From an uncultured archaeon (GTDB lineage: Archaea > Hadarchaeota > Hadarchaeia > Hadarchaeales > WYZ-LMO6): DNA of 24,253 nucleotides. Position 1 is the first letter of the stretch. Each line of letters begins with the position of its first letter. Both the position numbers and the translations under genes were made by a program. The notes beneath the pieces were generated by a model that saw nothing but the letters and a program-made list of their open reading frames with translations, was not told the origin of the DNA and ran no database searches. The stretch is from NCBI GenBank assembly GCA_938074535.1, contig CALJER010000040.1:1-24253 (forward strand), read 5' to 3'. Shown here one piece after another: positions 1 to 7,830 of the stretch.

Positions 1-1
1 A

Positions 2-682
2 CCGGGGGTGACCAGCAGGGTGCTCACCCCCAGGCAGGCCCTTCGCAGGCTGGAGGAAGTGGTGAAAAAGCATCCCTGGATAAAAGTGGTGGCCGTGGCC
101 GGGCCCGGGGAACCCCTCTTCAACGAGGAGACCTTCGAGACTTTCAGGATGGTGAAAAAGAGGTTCCCGCGCTTGCACCGCTGTCTCAGCACCAACGGTC
201 TTCTCCTCCCAGACAGGATGGGGGACCTAGTGGAGCTGGGGATAGGAACCCTCACGGTGACCATCAACGCCCTGAACCCGGCGGTGGGAAAGAAGATTTA
301 CTCCTGGGTGCTCTACCGGGGGAAGAAGCATCGGGGAGAGGAAGGGGCCAAGCTCCTCATCAGGAACCAGCTCAGGGGGGTGAAGGAAGCCGTGAGAGAG
401 GGAATGGTGGTGAAGGTAAACACGGTCATCATCCCCACCGTGAACGATAAACACGTGGTGGAAGTGGCCAGGAGGATAGGAAAACTGGGCGTTTACAAGC
501 AGAACCTCATCCCCCTCATCCCTCAGTTCAACTTCTCGCACCTCCCCCCTCCCTCCCTCCGCGAAAAGGTCAGGCTGCAGCGCCTCTGCTCCAGATACGT
601 TGCCCAGATGACCCACTGCAGGCAGTGCAGGGCCGACGCGGTGGGAAAACTGGGAAAAGACCTCAGGTGCTACATGGAGTGA
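2..682 (+). CDS. nifB: NifB-type radical SAM protein (stand-alone SAM domain), 5' end outside window
   Basis: Frame is open from base 2 (PGVTSRVL). NifB fingerprint motifs AGPGEP, TVTIN and CRQCRADAVG are present. The HPC and CxxxCxxC motifs would lie upstream of the window. Confidence 0.8.
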   Translation, partial: PGVTSRVLTPRQALRRLEEVVKKHPWIKVVAVAGPGEPLFNEETFETFRMVKKRFPRLHRCLSTNGLLLPDRMGDLVELGIGTLTVTINALNPAVGKKIYSWVLYRGKKHRGEEGAKLLIRNQLRGVKEAVREGMVVKVNTVIIPTVNDKHVVEVARRIGKLGVYKQNLIPLIPQFNFSHLPPPSLREKVRLQRLCSRYVAQMTHCRQCRADAVGKLGKDLRCYME

Positions 683-1611
683 TGCAGGGGTCCGTGCAGG
701 AGAGGCTCAGGCAGTTCGGGGAGCTTTACCAGAGGCAGGGGTACAGGCTGGTGGGGAGGAACTCTGCGGTGAAGACCTGCCTTTGGACCAAGAAGAGCCT
801 GCTGGGAAGGGGGGAGTGCTACAAGTCCAAGTTCTACGGGATCTCTTCCTGGCGCTGCCTCCAGTTCACGCCCTCCCTTTTCCACTGTACCCACCAGTGC
901 CTCTTCTGCTGGAGGAGGGTGGAGGCCACGCTGGACCCCAACGAGGAGCTTCCGCCCGACGACCCCTCGGAGGTGGTGGAAAGAGCTGTCCTGGCCCAAA
1001 GGGAACTCCTGAGCGGCTTCAAGGGCAATCCAGGAGTGGACCTGCGCAGGTGGGAGGAGGCCAGGCACCCCAGGCATGCTGCCATAAGCCTGGCGGGAGA
1101 GCCCACCCTCTATCCCCTGCTGAACCCCCTGCTGGAGGAGTTTCATCGGAGGGGCTTCACCACCTTTCTCGTGAGCAACGGAACCGTGCCGGAGAGGCTG
1201 GAAGGACTGGAGGTGGAGCCCACCCAGCTCTACCTCACTCTCCCCGCCCCGGACGAGAGCACCTACTCCAAGGTGTGCAGACCCAGGATTCCCAACGGAT
1301 GGGAGAGGCTGAACCTCAGTCTGGAGCTCCTTCCCTCCTTCTCCTGCAGGAAGGTGCTGAGGCTGACACTGGTCAGGGAGCTGAACCTGAAAAACCCTGA
1401 GGGTTACGCCAGGCTGATAGAGAAAGCCGGACCGGACTGCGTCGAGCCCAAGGGGTACTTCCCGGTAGGATACTCCAGGCAGAGGCTGGGGCCGGCCCTC
1501 ATGCCCACCCACCGGGAGATAAGGGCTTTCGCGGGGGAGCTGGAGAGGCTCACGGGCTACCGGATTGTAGACGAGGCTCCGGTCAGCTCCGTGGTTCTGA
1601 TGAAAAAATAA
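682..1611 (+). CDS. taw1: 4-demethylwyosine synthase Taw1/TYW1 (radical SAM tRNA-Phe modification)
   Basis: SAVKTCLWT, CYKSKFYGI, CTHQCLFCWR (CxxxCxxC), HAAISLAGEPTLYP, FLVSNG, VEPKGY. The ATG at 682 overlaps the upstream stop (TGATG). Confidence 0.93.
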   Translation: MQGSVQERLRQFGELYQRQGYRLVGRNSAVKTCLWTKKSLLGRGECYKSKFYGISSWRCLQFTPSLFHCTHQCLFCWRRVEATLDPNEELPPDDPSEVVERAVLAQRELLSGFKGNPGVDLRRWEEARHPRHAAISLAGEPTLYPLLNPLLEEFHRRGFTTFLVSNGTVPERLEGLEVEPTQLYLTLPAPDESTYSKVCRPRIPNGWERLNLSLELLPSFSCRKVLRLTLVRELNLKNPEGYARLIEKAGPDCVEPKGYFPVGYSRQRLGPALMPTHREIRAFAGELERLTGYRIVDEAPVSSVVLMKK

Positions 1612-1619
1612 AAAATAAA
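1603..1619 (-). terminator. T-tract terminator candidate for the minus-strand gene ending at 1630
   Basis: AAAAAATAAAAAATAAA on + reads as an oligo-T run on - just after the stop, between convergent genes. Confidence 0.45.
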
Positions 1620-1629
1620 GGGGAGGGGG

Positions 1630-2643
1630 CTATCCTCCCCACTTCTCCCTTATGGTCCTCCTGAACTCCTCCAAGTTCTGCTGCACGTTTTCCCAGACTT
1701 CCTGGAATTCCCCTCTAATCTCCTCCCACCTTTCCCGCCACTGCTGCCACTTCTCAGCATGCTGGGGCTCCCATTCCTGCGCACGTTCCAGGATACGCTC
1801 GGCGTTTCTGAGGTGCATCACAGCCGAAGTCATGATGCCCACCGCTCTCCCCAGCAGGTCCTCCTCGTAGGCATCGAGAGCCAGGGCATTTTCCCTGGAG
1901 GCCAGAGTCATCAGTCTCTTGGCTGCCACCGTTGCGGGCACGTTTTCCGGGGCCCCCTCCAGCATGGCTTCCACTTCCGGGTACTTGTTCTCGAAAAACT
2001 CCCGCAAGTGCTCGAACCTAGTGCGCAGGGTGCTCTCCCCCCTTTGGCGGGCTTCCTGCCAGGCCAGGGACAGATTTTCCTGTACTCTCATCCTCAGGCA
2101 CGCGGTTTCCAGCAGGTTCTCCACCTTCAGGTACTCTTCCCTCACTCTCTCCCTCACTCTCTCCCTCAGATGGAGCATTCCGGCGCTCAGATCTTCCTGG
2201 TCTCCGCTTCCTTCCCAGGAGGTCCTTATCTGCCGAACCTCGTTCCTCCACTCCGCATTCTCCCCAGCGATCTGCTCAGCCAGCCTGAGCCTGATCTCCC
2301 CCACGCCAGGCATCTGCTCCTGCATCCAGGCAATGATTTCCTGCTTGGTCTTCACATCGTAGGGGGCCACCGAGTTCAGCTTATCCACGAACTCCTTCAG
2401 AACGCTCCGGTACTGGAGACCCTTTCCCTTCTCCACCATTCTCTGGTACTCCTGCCACCTCAGCTTCATCTGCTCCGTGTCGCTGAGGCCCCTTATCCTC
2501 TCCCCCACGCGCTTCAGGGAGTAGAGGGGGTGGTCGGGATCCACGTTCGCCACCGAAGCAGCCACAGGCGCCGCCGTGGAGGCACCTATGGCCGCCACCA
2601 GCACCACGGCCGCTACCAAAGGTGCTATTCCCCTACTTTCCAT
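1630..2643 (-). CDS. Exported/membrane-anchored helical protein with class III-like signal peptide and DUF5667-like N-terminal motif
   Basis: Start re-assigned to ATG 2643 because GGAGGTGA lies at 2648-2655. N-terminus is MESRG-IAPLVAAVVLVAA. PDHPLYSLKRVGERI resembles DUF5667. The rest is E/R/Q-rich and helical. Confidence 0.7.
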   Translation of the reverse strand: MESRGIAPLVAAVVLVAAIGASTAAPVAASVANVDPDHPLYSLKRVGERIRGLSDTEQMKLRWQEYQRMVEKGKGLQYRSVLKEFVDKLNSVAPYDVKTKQEIIAWMQEQMPGVGEIRLRLAEQIAGENAEWRNEVRQIRTSWEGSGDQEDLSAGMLHLRERVRERVREEYLKVENLLETACLRMRVQENLSLAWQEARQRGESTLRTRFEHLREFFENKYPEVEAMLEGAPENVPATVAAKRLMTLASRENALALDAYEEDLLGRAVGIMTSAVMHLRNAERILERAQEWEPQHAEKWQQWRERWEEIRGEFQEVWENVQQNLEEFRRTIREKWGG

Positions 2644-2737
2644 TCTTTCACCTCCGATAGTTCCTGTGCCCAAAAGAGTATTTGAAAATTCTCCCGAAAC
2701 GGTCAAGTTAAACCCTGAAAGGAGGAAAATGGTGCCT

Positions 2738-2753
2738 TCTTTTCGAGAAAAGA
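2738..2753. promoter_or_regulatory. Palindrome TCTTTTC-GA-GAAAAGA in a divergent promoter region, candidate operator
   Basis: Perfect 7-bp arms at the centre of the AT-rich 2644-2836 intergenic region between divergent genes, one of which is a wHTH regulator. Confidence 0.4.
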
Positions 2754-2836
2754 CCCATTTTAAAACTTCTAACCGTTCAAAATCCTCTTTTCCTTCTTTC
2801 CTCAAAATTTTTAAGTTCTCCCTTCCCCCTTCTACG

Positions 2837-3259
2837 ATGACGCTGAGGGAAATGCTGGGCCTCATCCTGCTCACCCTCTTGCTCCAGCTCACCATAGCCA
2901 CCGTCCTCGTCCTCCTCACCCCGGGGGAATCCCTGGAGGTTTCCTCCCTCCTGCTGGCCGTGGGCACCATGGTGGCCGTGGCAGGCTCCATGGCCACCGT
3001 GCTGGCTTTTCTCTTCAGAAAATACGCTAGGGAGAGAACCATGAAGGTGGCCATGATGGGGCTGAGCGAGGACGAGAGAAAGGTTTTTGAAGAAATCCTC
3101 AGGTGCAGGGAGATAAGGCAGGATGACCTGAGGAGGAGGATGGATCTCTCCAAAGCCAAGCTGAGCGCGCTGGTGAACAACCTGGAGAGGAAGGGCATGA
3201 TCCTCAAGCTGAGATACCACAGGACCAACCTCCTTAGGCCCACCAAGGAGTTTTCCTGA
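2837..3259 (+). CDS. Membrane-anchored winged-helix transcriptional regulator (COG2512-like)
   Basis: ATG 2837. Two hydrophobic helices, then LSEDERKV...IRQDDLRRRMDLSKAKLSALVNNLERKGMI...RTN, a typical wHTH. Confidence 0.8.
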   Translation: MTLREMLGLILLTLLLQLTIATVLVLLTPGESLEVSSLLLAVGTMVAVAGSMATVLAFLFRKYARERTMKVAMMGLSEDERKVFEEILRCREIRQDDLRRRMDLSKAKLSALVNNLERKGMILKLRYHRTNLLRPTKEFS

Positions 3260-3858
3260 TGTCCGAGCCACACCTGAGGATAAAGGAGGAAACGCTGGAG
3301 AGGCTGAGAAAGCACTTCGACAGGGAAATGGAGGTGAGGGAAAGGCTGCTCCATCTCTCAAGGGAGGTGGTGAGGCTCTCCGCCAGGTCCATCTTCGCCC
3401 TCCACAGGGGGGATGAAAAACGGGCGGAGGAGCTGATGGGAAGGGCCAAGAAGATCTTGGGGGAGATGGTCGGCCTGTGCGGGGAGAACCCCTCCCTGCA
3501 GGTCTCGGGAACGGTGAGAAACGCCCAGCAGGAGTATGGGGAGGCCTTTCTCGTGAGAACCCTCTTGAAGGAGAGAAGGCTGCCCGAGCCGGAGGAGGTG
3601 GGGATACCCTACGAGCCCTACCTCATGGGGCTGGCCGATGCCCCGGGTGAGCTGAGGAGGGCGGTCCTGGATCACCTCCGGAAGGGGGAGATCAGGCCTG
3701 CCGAGGAGCTCTTTTCCCTTATGGAGAGAATTTACGAGCTCCTTGCGGAGTTCGACTATCCCGATGCGGTCCTTCCCGGGATGAAGAGGAAGCAGGACGT
3801 GGTGAGGGGGCTCGTCGAGAGGACCAGGGGGGAGCTCACTCTCTCGCTGGGAAGATAG
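3259..3858 (+). CDS. Translin/TRAX-family RNA-binding protein (COG2178)
   Basis: RERLLHLSREVVRLS, AQQEYGEA, YLMGLADAPGELRR, KRKQDVVR. TGATG overlap with the upstream gene. Confidence 0.88.
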   Translation: MSEPHLRIKEETLERLRKHFDREMEVRERLLHLSREVVRLSARSIFALHRGDEKRAEELMGRAKKILGEMVGLCGENPSLQVSGTVRNAQQEYGEAFLVRTLLKERRLPEPEEVGIPYEPYLMGLADAPGELRRAVLDHLRKGEIRPAEELFSLMERIYELLAEFDYPDAVLPGMKRKQDVVRGLVERTRGELTLSLGR

Positions 3859-3919
3859 TTAAAAAAGTGCTTTGGCATGGATTAAAAAGCAAGAGGGAAA
3901 AATCGGGAAGCTCTCGGCT

Positions 3920-4126
3920 TCAGGTCACCACGACTACCATTCTCAGATTGTCGGCGGAAACCGTCTTCTTTCCCTCGGCCTTGGCGGCCTTGATGGCCCC
4001 CTTCGCCACTTCCAGAAGGATCTTGTTCACGGCGTCGGCTACGTCGCCGGAAACACGGTCGGCGCCCGCGTCCTTGAAGAGTCGGATGATGGTAGCCTTG
4101 GGCAGCTTGGTCTTGGCATCTCCCAT
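3920..4126 (-). CDS. Archaeal histone-fold protein (variant)
   Basis: ATG 4126 with GGAGGTGA at 4131-4138. LPKATIIRLFKDAGADRVS...GKKTV matches the HMf-like fold. Confidence 0.88.
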   Translation of the reverse strand: MGDAKTKLPKATIIRLFKDAGADRVSGDVADAVNKILLEVAKGAIKAAKAEGKKTVSADNLRMVVVVT

Positions 4127-4166
4127 TTCCTCACCTCCTTCCTTTTTTTTGACCAAAAATACCCCG

Positions 4167-4174
4167 TTTATAAA
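4167..4174 (-). promoter_or_regulatory. TATA box (TTTATAAA) upstream of the histone gene
   Basis: Consensus archaeal TATA about 40 bp upstream of ATG 4126, leaving room for an SD-containing leader. Confidence 0.55.
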
Positions 4175-4175
4175 C

Positions 4176-5027
4176 TTAAAAATCCTCCGCCTCTTGCCCC
4201 TTTTCCAGTTTTTCCGCTTCCTCCGCCGGCATTTCGTAGCTGAACTCCCTGGTGGGGAACTTCCCCTCCTTCACCTCCCTGAGAAACTCCGAGACCGCCC
4301 TTCTCATCTCCTCCCCCAAGTTCGCGTACCTCTTCACGAACTTGGGCACACGATCCGAGAGCCCCAGCATGTCGTGGAGGACCAGCACCTGCCCGTCGCA
4401 GTAGGGCCCAGCCCCTATCCCTATGGTCGGTATCTTCAGGTTCTCGGTGACGAGCTTGGCCACCTGCCAGGGTATTCCCTCGAGCACCAGGCTGAAGACC
4501 CCCAGCCTCTCCAGCTCCTTGGCCTCCCGCAGGAGGGATTTGGCTGCCTCGGCCGTTTTGGCCCTCACCCTGTACCCTCCGAACTGGTGGATCCACTGGG
4601 GGGTAAGGCCCAAGTGCCCCATCACCGGGATGCCCGCGTCCAGCATGGCTTTGATCCTCCCCGCGACAGAGGCTCCTCCCTCCACCTTCACGGCCTCCGC
4701 CCCCGCTTTGATGAACCTCCCCGCGTTGAGGACCCCTTCCGAATCGCTGGGCTGGTAGGAGAGGAAAGGCATGTCGCCCACCACCAGGGCCCTCTTCGCC
4801 CCCCTGGCCACCGCCCTGGTATGGTGCAACATCTCCTCCATGGTGACGGGAAGGGTGCTCGAGTATCCAAGCAAGACATTCCCCACCGAATCCCCCACCA
4901 GGATGATTTCCACGCCTGCCTCGTCCAGGAGACGGGCGGAGGGGTAGTCGTAGGCTGTAAGCATGCAAATCTTCTCTCCCCTGGCCTTCATCTCGGCCAG
5001 GGTGGTGGTGGTGATTTTGTTTTCCAC
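4176..5027 (-). CDS. panB: 3-methyl-2-oxobutanoate hydroxymethyltransferase
   Basis: MLTAYD, ILVGDS, VVGDMPF, AVKVEGG, VMGHLGLTPQ, TIGIGAG, DGQVLVLHDMLG. Confidence 0.96.
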   Translation of the reverse strand: MENKITTTTLAEMKARGEKICMLTAYDYPSARLLDEAGVEIILVGDSVGNVLLGYSSTLPVTMEEMLHHTRAVARGAKRALVVGDMPFLSYQPSDSEGVLNAGRFIKAGAEAVKVEGGASVAGRIKAMLDAGIPVMGHLGLTPQWIHQFGGYRVRAKTAEAAKSLLREAKELERLGVFSLVLEGIPWQVAKLVTENLKIPTIGIGAGPYCDGQVLVLHDMLGLSDRVPKFVKRYANLGEEMRRAVSEFLREVKEGKFPTREFSYEMPAEEAEKLEKGQEAEDF

Positions 5028-5045
5028 TACACCCCCTTTTCCGCC

Positions 5046-5825
5046 TCACTTAAATAGGTCCTCCCCCTTCTCCGAGAGTTCCACCAGCCGCCGGCACATC
5101 AGCCTGAGACTCTCCCTCAGATTCCTCCCGTTGTCGAAGCCTTCCACCTTCTTCCTGAGCTCCTCCCTCGGCAGGCCCTTCATCCTCCTGCACTCCTCCA
5201 CCATCAGGGGGAGGGCGCGTGCCACGTTGTCCACCACCGTGATGGTGGCAGCCCTGGCGGTCCTGGACAGGGGATTGAGGTCCACCGCCACCACCCTCTT
5301 CCCCAGGGCGCGGAGGGCTTCGGTCCTGTCACCGTCCTCCAGCGGCACCAGAACCACATCGGCGGAGAAAATCCCCTTTCTGTCCACCCTTCTCCTGTCG
5401 CTCTGAACCTCCGGTATCCTCACGGCATCCTCCTCCTTCACCCCCAGCACCTCCCTCCCTCCGTGCTTCTTCAGGTGCTCGGCTATCAGAGCCTCCCTTC
5501 CCGGAAGACGGTGAAAGAGGTTTACCTCTATCTTGGCCCCCGTGACCTCAGAGAGTTCGACCACGGCTTCCGGAACCAGAGCGGCGGTGTTTCCGTTCAC
5601 GGAAATCACCGGGTGAGAGGCAAGCAGGAGGGCCGCGGCCGCGGCTTCTATGGCTTCCCTGGCGAACTCCGTGGTCCTCTCCCCCAAGAGGTAGTCGAAG
5701 GCCTCCCCCCTTCCGTGGGCCGCAAGCCCTTCTGGGACCACCATCCCGGCTCTCATTCCCTCCGCGAGCCTCTTCCGAATCCGGAGGGACTCGGCCCGGG
5801 GATGGTTGGGAGAAATTTCGTCCAT
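5046..5825 (-). CDS. pps: Archaeal 4-phosphopantoate-beta-alanine ligase (phosphopantothenate synthetase, COG1701)
   Basis: HPRAESL, AHGRGEAFDYLLGE, ISVNGN, VPLEDGDR, VDLNPLSRT. Start taken as ATG 5825. Confidence 0.93.
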   Translation of the reverse strand: MDEISPNHPRAESLRIRKRLAEGMRAGMVVPEGLAAHGRGEAFDYLLGERTTEFAREAIEAAAAALLLASHPVISVNGNTAALVPEAVVELSEVTGAKIEVNLFHRLPGREALIAEHLKKHGGREVLGVKEEDAVRIPEVQSDRRRVDRKGIFSADVVLVPLEDGDRTEALRALGKRVVAVDLNPLSRTARAATITVVDNVARALPLMVEECRRMKGLPREELRKKVEGFDNGRNLRESLRLMCRRLVELSEKGEDLFK

Positions 5826-5870
5826 CGCCCTCTCCGAAAGGCTTTTTGATGGATAAAACCATTTCCCTTG

Positions 5871-6572
5871 ATGAGAATTCACCCCCTGCCCATCCTCGCC
5901 CTCCTGGCTTCCATAGGGTCTCTCCTGCTGGTGGGCCTAGATGTGGGGGGGACCACTCCGTGGATGGTCTTCATCTCCGCCGCTTCCTGCCTTGTGGCGC
6001 TTTCCGTCTTTGCCCTCTACCTCACCTCACCTGCCCGCCGGCCCCTGGAGGTACCCGTGGAGGACTTCTCCCTCTGGGTGGACGCGGGTGAGCCCGCCAG
6101 GGAGCTTCAGAGGCTGGGTCCCTCGGACCTCCCCCTTGCCCTCATGGTGCTGAGGGCAGACCTGGGTTCCATCGTCTCCAACTCGGAACTCCTCACCTCC
6201 AGGCTCTCCATAGCCCTCAGCAGGCCGGAACTCCAGGATCTGGCCAAGTTCAAGCTGGACTCCCGCTCAAGAGAGGTTTCGGCCCTCCTGAGGGGGGTCC
6301 TGACAACCCTCTCAGGCCAGGCTTCACAGGAGGCCCTGCGTGAGCTGGTTTCCTCGCTGGAGAGGGCGGCCAACGCGGCGGAAGCCATCCTCAGGGACCT
6401 GGAAGGGATTTCCCTCGCCAAGCGCGGGGTGGGTGAGGCGCACCTCCTTCCCCTCCGGAGGGCCCTGGACAGAATGGTCAGGGATCTGAAGGAGCTCAAG
6501 TCGAACACCGAAAGCTATCTGCGCCTCTTCCTCCTCACCTCCACCCCTAGGGGCGCAGCGGCCTCATCCTGA
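5871..6572 (+). CDS. Hypothetical membrane protein (2 N-terminal TM helices plus helical cytoplasmic domain)
   Basis: Two hydrophobic segments, then an L/R/E-rich amphipathic region. Fills the gap between pps and the GTPase. Confidence 0.7.
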   Translation: MRIHPLPILALLASIGSLLLVGLDVGGTTPWMVFISAASCLVALSVFALYLTSPARRPLEVPVEDFSLWVDAGEPARELQRLGPSDLPLALMVLRADLGSIVSNSELLTSRLSIALSRPELQDLAKFKLDSRSREVSALLRGVLTTLSGQASQEALRELVSSLERAANAAEAILRDLEGISLAKRGVGEAHLLPLRRALDRMVRDLKELKSNTESYLRLFLLTSTPRGAAASS

Positions 6573-6588
6573 GCGTGGGGGATCCCCG

Positions 6589-7830
6589 TTGGTGAAGAAA
6601 CACGTAAACCTGCTCTTCATGGGGCACGTGGACCACGGGAAATCCACCCTGGTGGGCAGAACCCTCTTCGACCTGGGGCTGGTCTCGGAGAAGGACCTCC
6701 CTTCCGAGGCGGGGAGCTTCAAGTTCGCCTGGCTGATGGACCGCCTCAGGGAGGAGAGGGAAAGGGGGGTGACCATAGAAATCTCCTACCAAAAGATAGA
6801 GACGCCCAACACCATCCTCACCATTATCGACGCTCCGGGACACCGCGACTTCGTGAAGAACATGATCACCGGCGCCAGCCAGGCTGAGGCGGCGGTGCTG
6901 GTGGTGGCCGCCGACGATGGGGTGATGCCGCAGACCAAAGAGCACGCCGCCCTCGCCTTCACCCTTGGCGTGAACCAGCTCGTGGTGGCCATCAACAAGA
7001 TGGACCTGGTGGGCTTCGACGAAAAGGCCTACCTCAAGCTCAAGCAGGAAGTTTCCTCCCTTTTGAAAAGCCTGGGGTACCCGAGTGCAGACTTCCACTA
7101 CGTCCCGGTCTCAGCCTGGCAGGGGGAGAACCTCGTGAAACCGAGTCCCAAAATGCCGTGGTACCGTGGCCCCACCCTTCTGGAGGCTTTGGACTCCCTG
7201 GAGGAGGGGGAGAAGCCCGTGGACAAGCCCCTGCGCATCCCCCTCCAGAACGTGTTTTCCATCACCGGAGCGGGAACGGTTCCCATAGGAAAAGTGGAGA
7301 CGGGAGTCCTCAGGGTGGGCGACACCGTGGTCTTCGAGCCCTCTGGGAAAAAGGGGGAGGTGAGGTCCATAGAGATGCACCACCAGTCCGTGGAGAGGGC
7401 CCTCCCGGGGGACAACATAGGCTTCAACGTGAGGGGAGTTTCCAAGGACGAGATAAAGAGAGGGGATGTGGCTGGCCATCCCGACCATCCCCCGACCGTG
7501 GCCCAGAGGTTCACCGCCAAGGTGGTCGTCCTCAACGTCCCCTACCAGCTCAAGCCAGGCTTCACCCCTACCTTCCACTGCCACACCGCCAGCGTTCCTG
7601 GCAGGGTTGTCTCCGTGCTCAAGAGGGTGGATCCCAGGAGCGGGGAGACGGTGGAGGAAAATCCTGAAGGACTTAAAAAGGGTGAGGTGGGAGTAGTAGA
7701 GGTGGAGCCTCTGAAGCCCCTGGTGATAGAGAGAGCAGGGGAGATTCCGCACCTCTCCAGGTTCGCCATGAGGCATGGAGGGCAGACCGTGGGGGCGGGC
7801 GTGTGTGTGGAGGTGGTGAAAAGGGAATGA
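6589..7830 (+). CDS. Elongation factor 1-alpha family GTPase (divergent, probable paralog)
   Basis: G1 GHVDHGKS, G2 ERGVTI, G3 DAPGH, G4 NKMD, G5 SAW; KNMITGASQA, SIEMHH, PGDNIGFNV. Start is TTG 6589 or GTG 6592. Confidence 0.9.
   Translation: MVKKHVNLLFMGHVDHGKSTLVGRTLFDLGLVSEKDLPSEAGSFKFAWLMDRLREERERGVTIEISYQKIETPNTILTIIDAPGHRDFVKNMITGASQAEAAVLVVAADDGVMPQTKEHAALAFTLGVNQLVVAINKMDLVGFDEKAYLKLKQEVSSLLKSLGYPSADFHYVPVSAWQGENLVKPSPKMPWYRGPTLLEALDSLEEGEKPVDKPLRIPLQNVFSITGAGTVPIGKVETGVLRVGDTVVFEPSGKKGEVRSIEMHHQSVERALPGDNIGFNVRGVSKDEIKRGDVAGHPDHPPTVAQRFTAKVVVLNVPYQLKPGFTPTFHCHTASVPGRVVSVLKRVDPRSGETVEENPEGLKKGEVGVVEVEPLKPLVIERAGEIPHLSRFAMRHGGQTVGAGVCVEVVKRE

Noticed and set aside
1630-3354. 574-aa minus-strand ORF
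   Set aside because: The first 237 codons are antisense to the wHTH and translin genes and cross a promoter region. The SD and signal peptide place the start at 2643.
6589-7830. Calling the GTPase SelB, CysN or aIF2-gamma
   Set aside because: KNMITGASQA, SIEMHH and PGDNIGFNV are EF-1alpha-type; there is no SelB extension or cysD neighbour.
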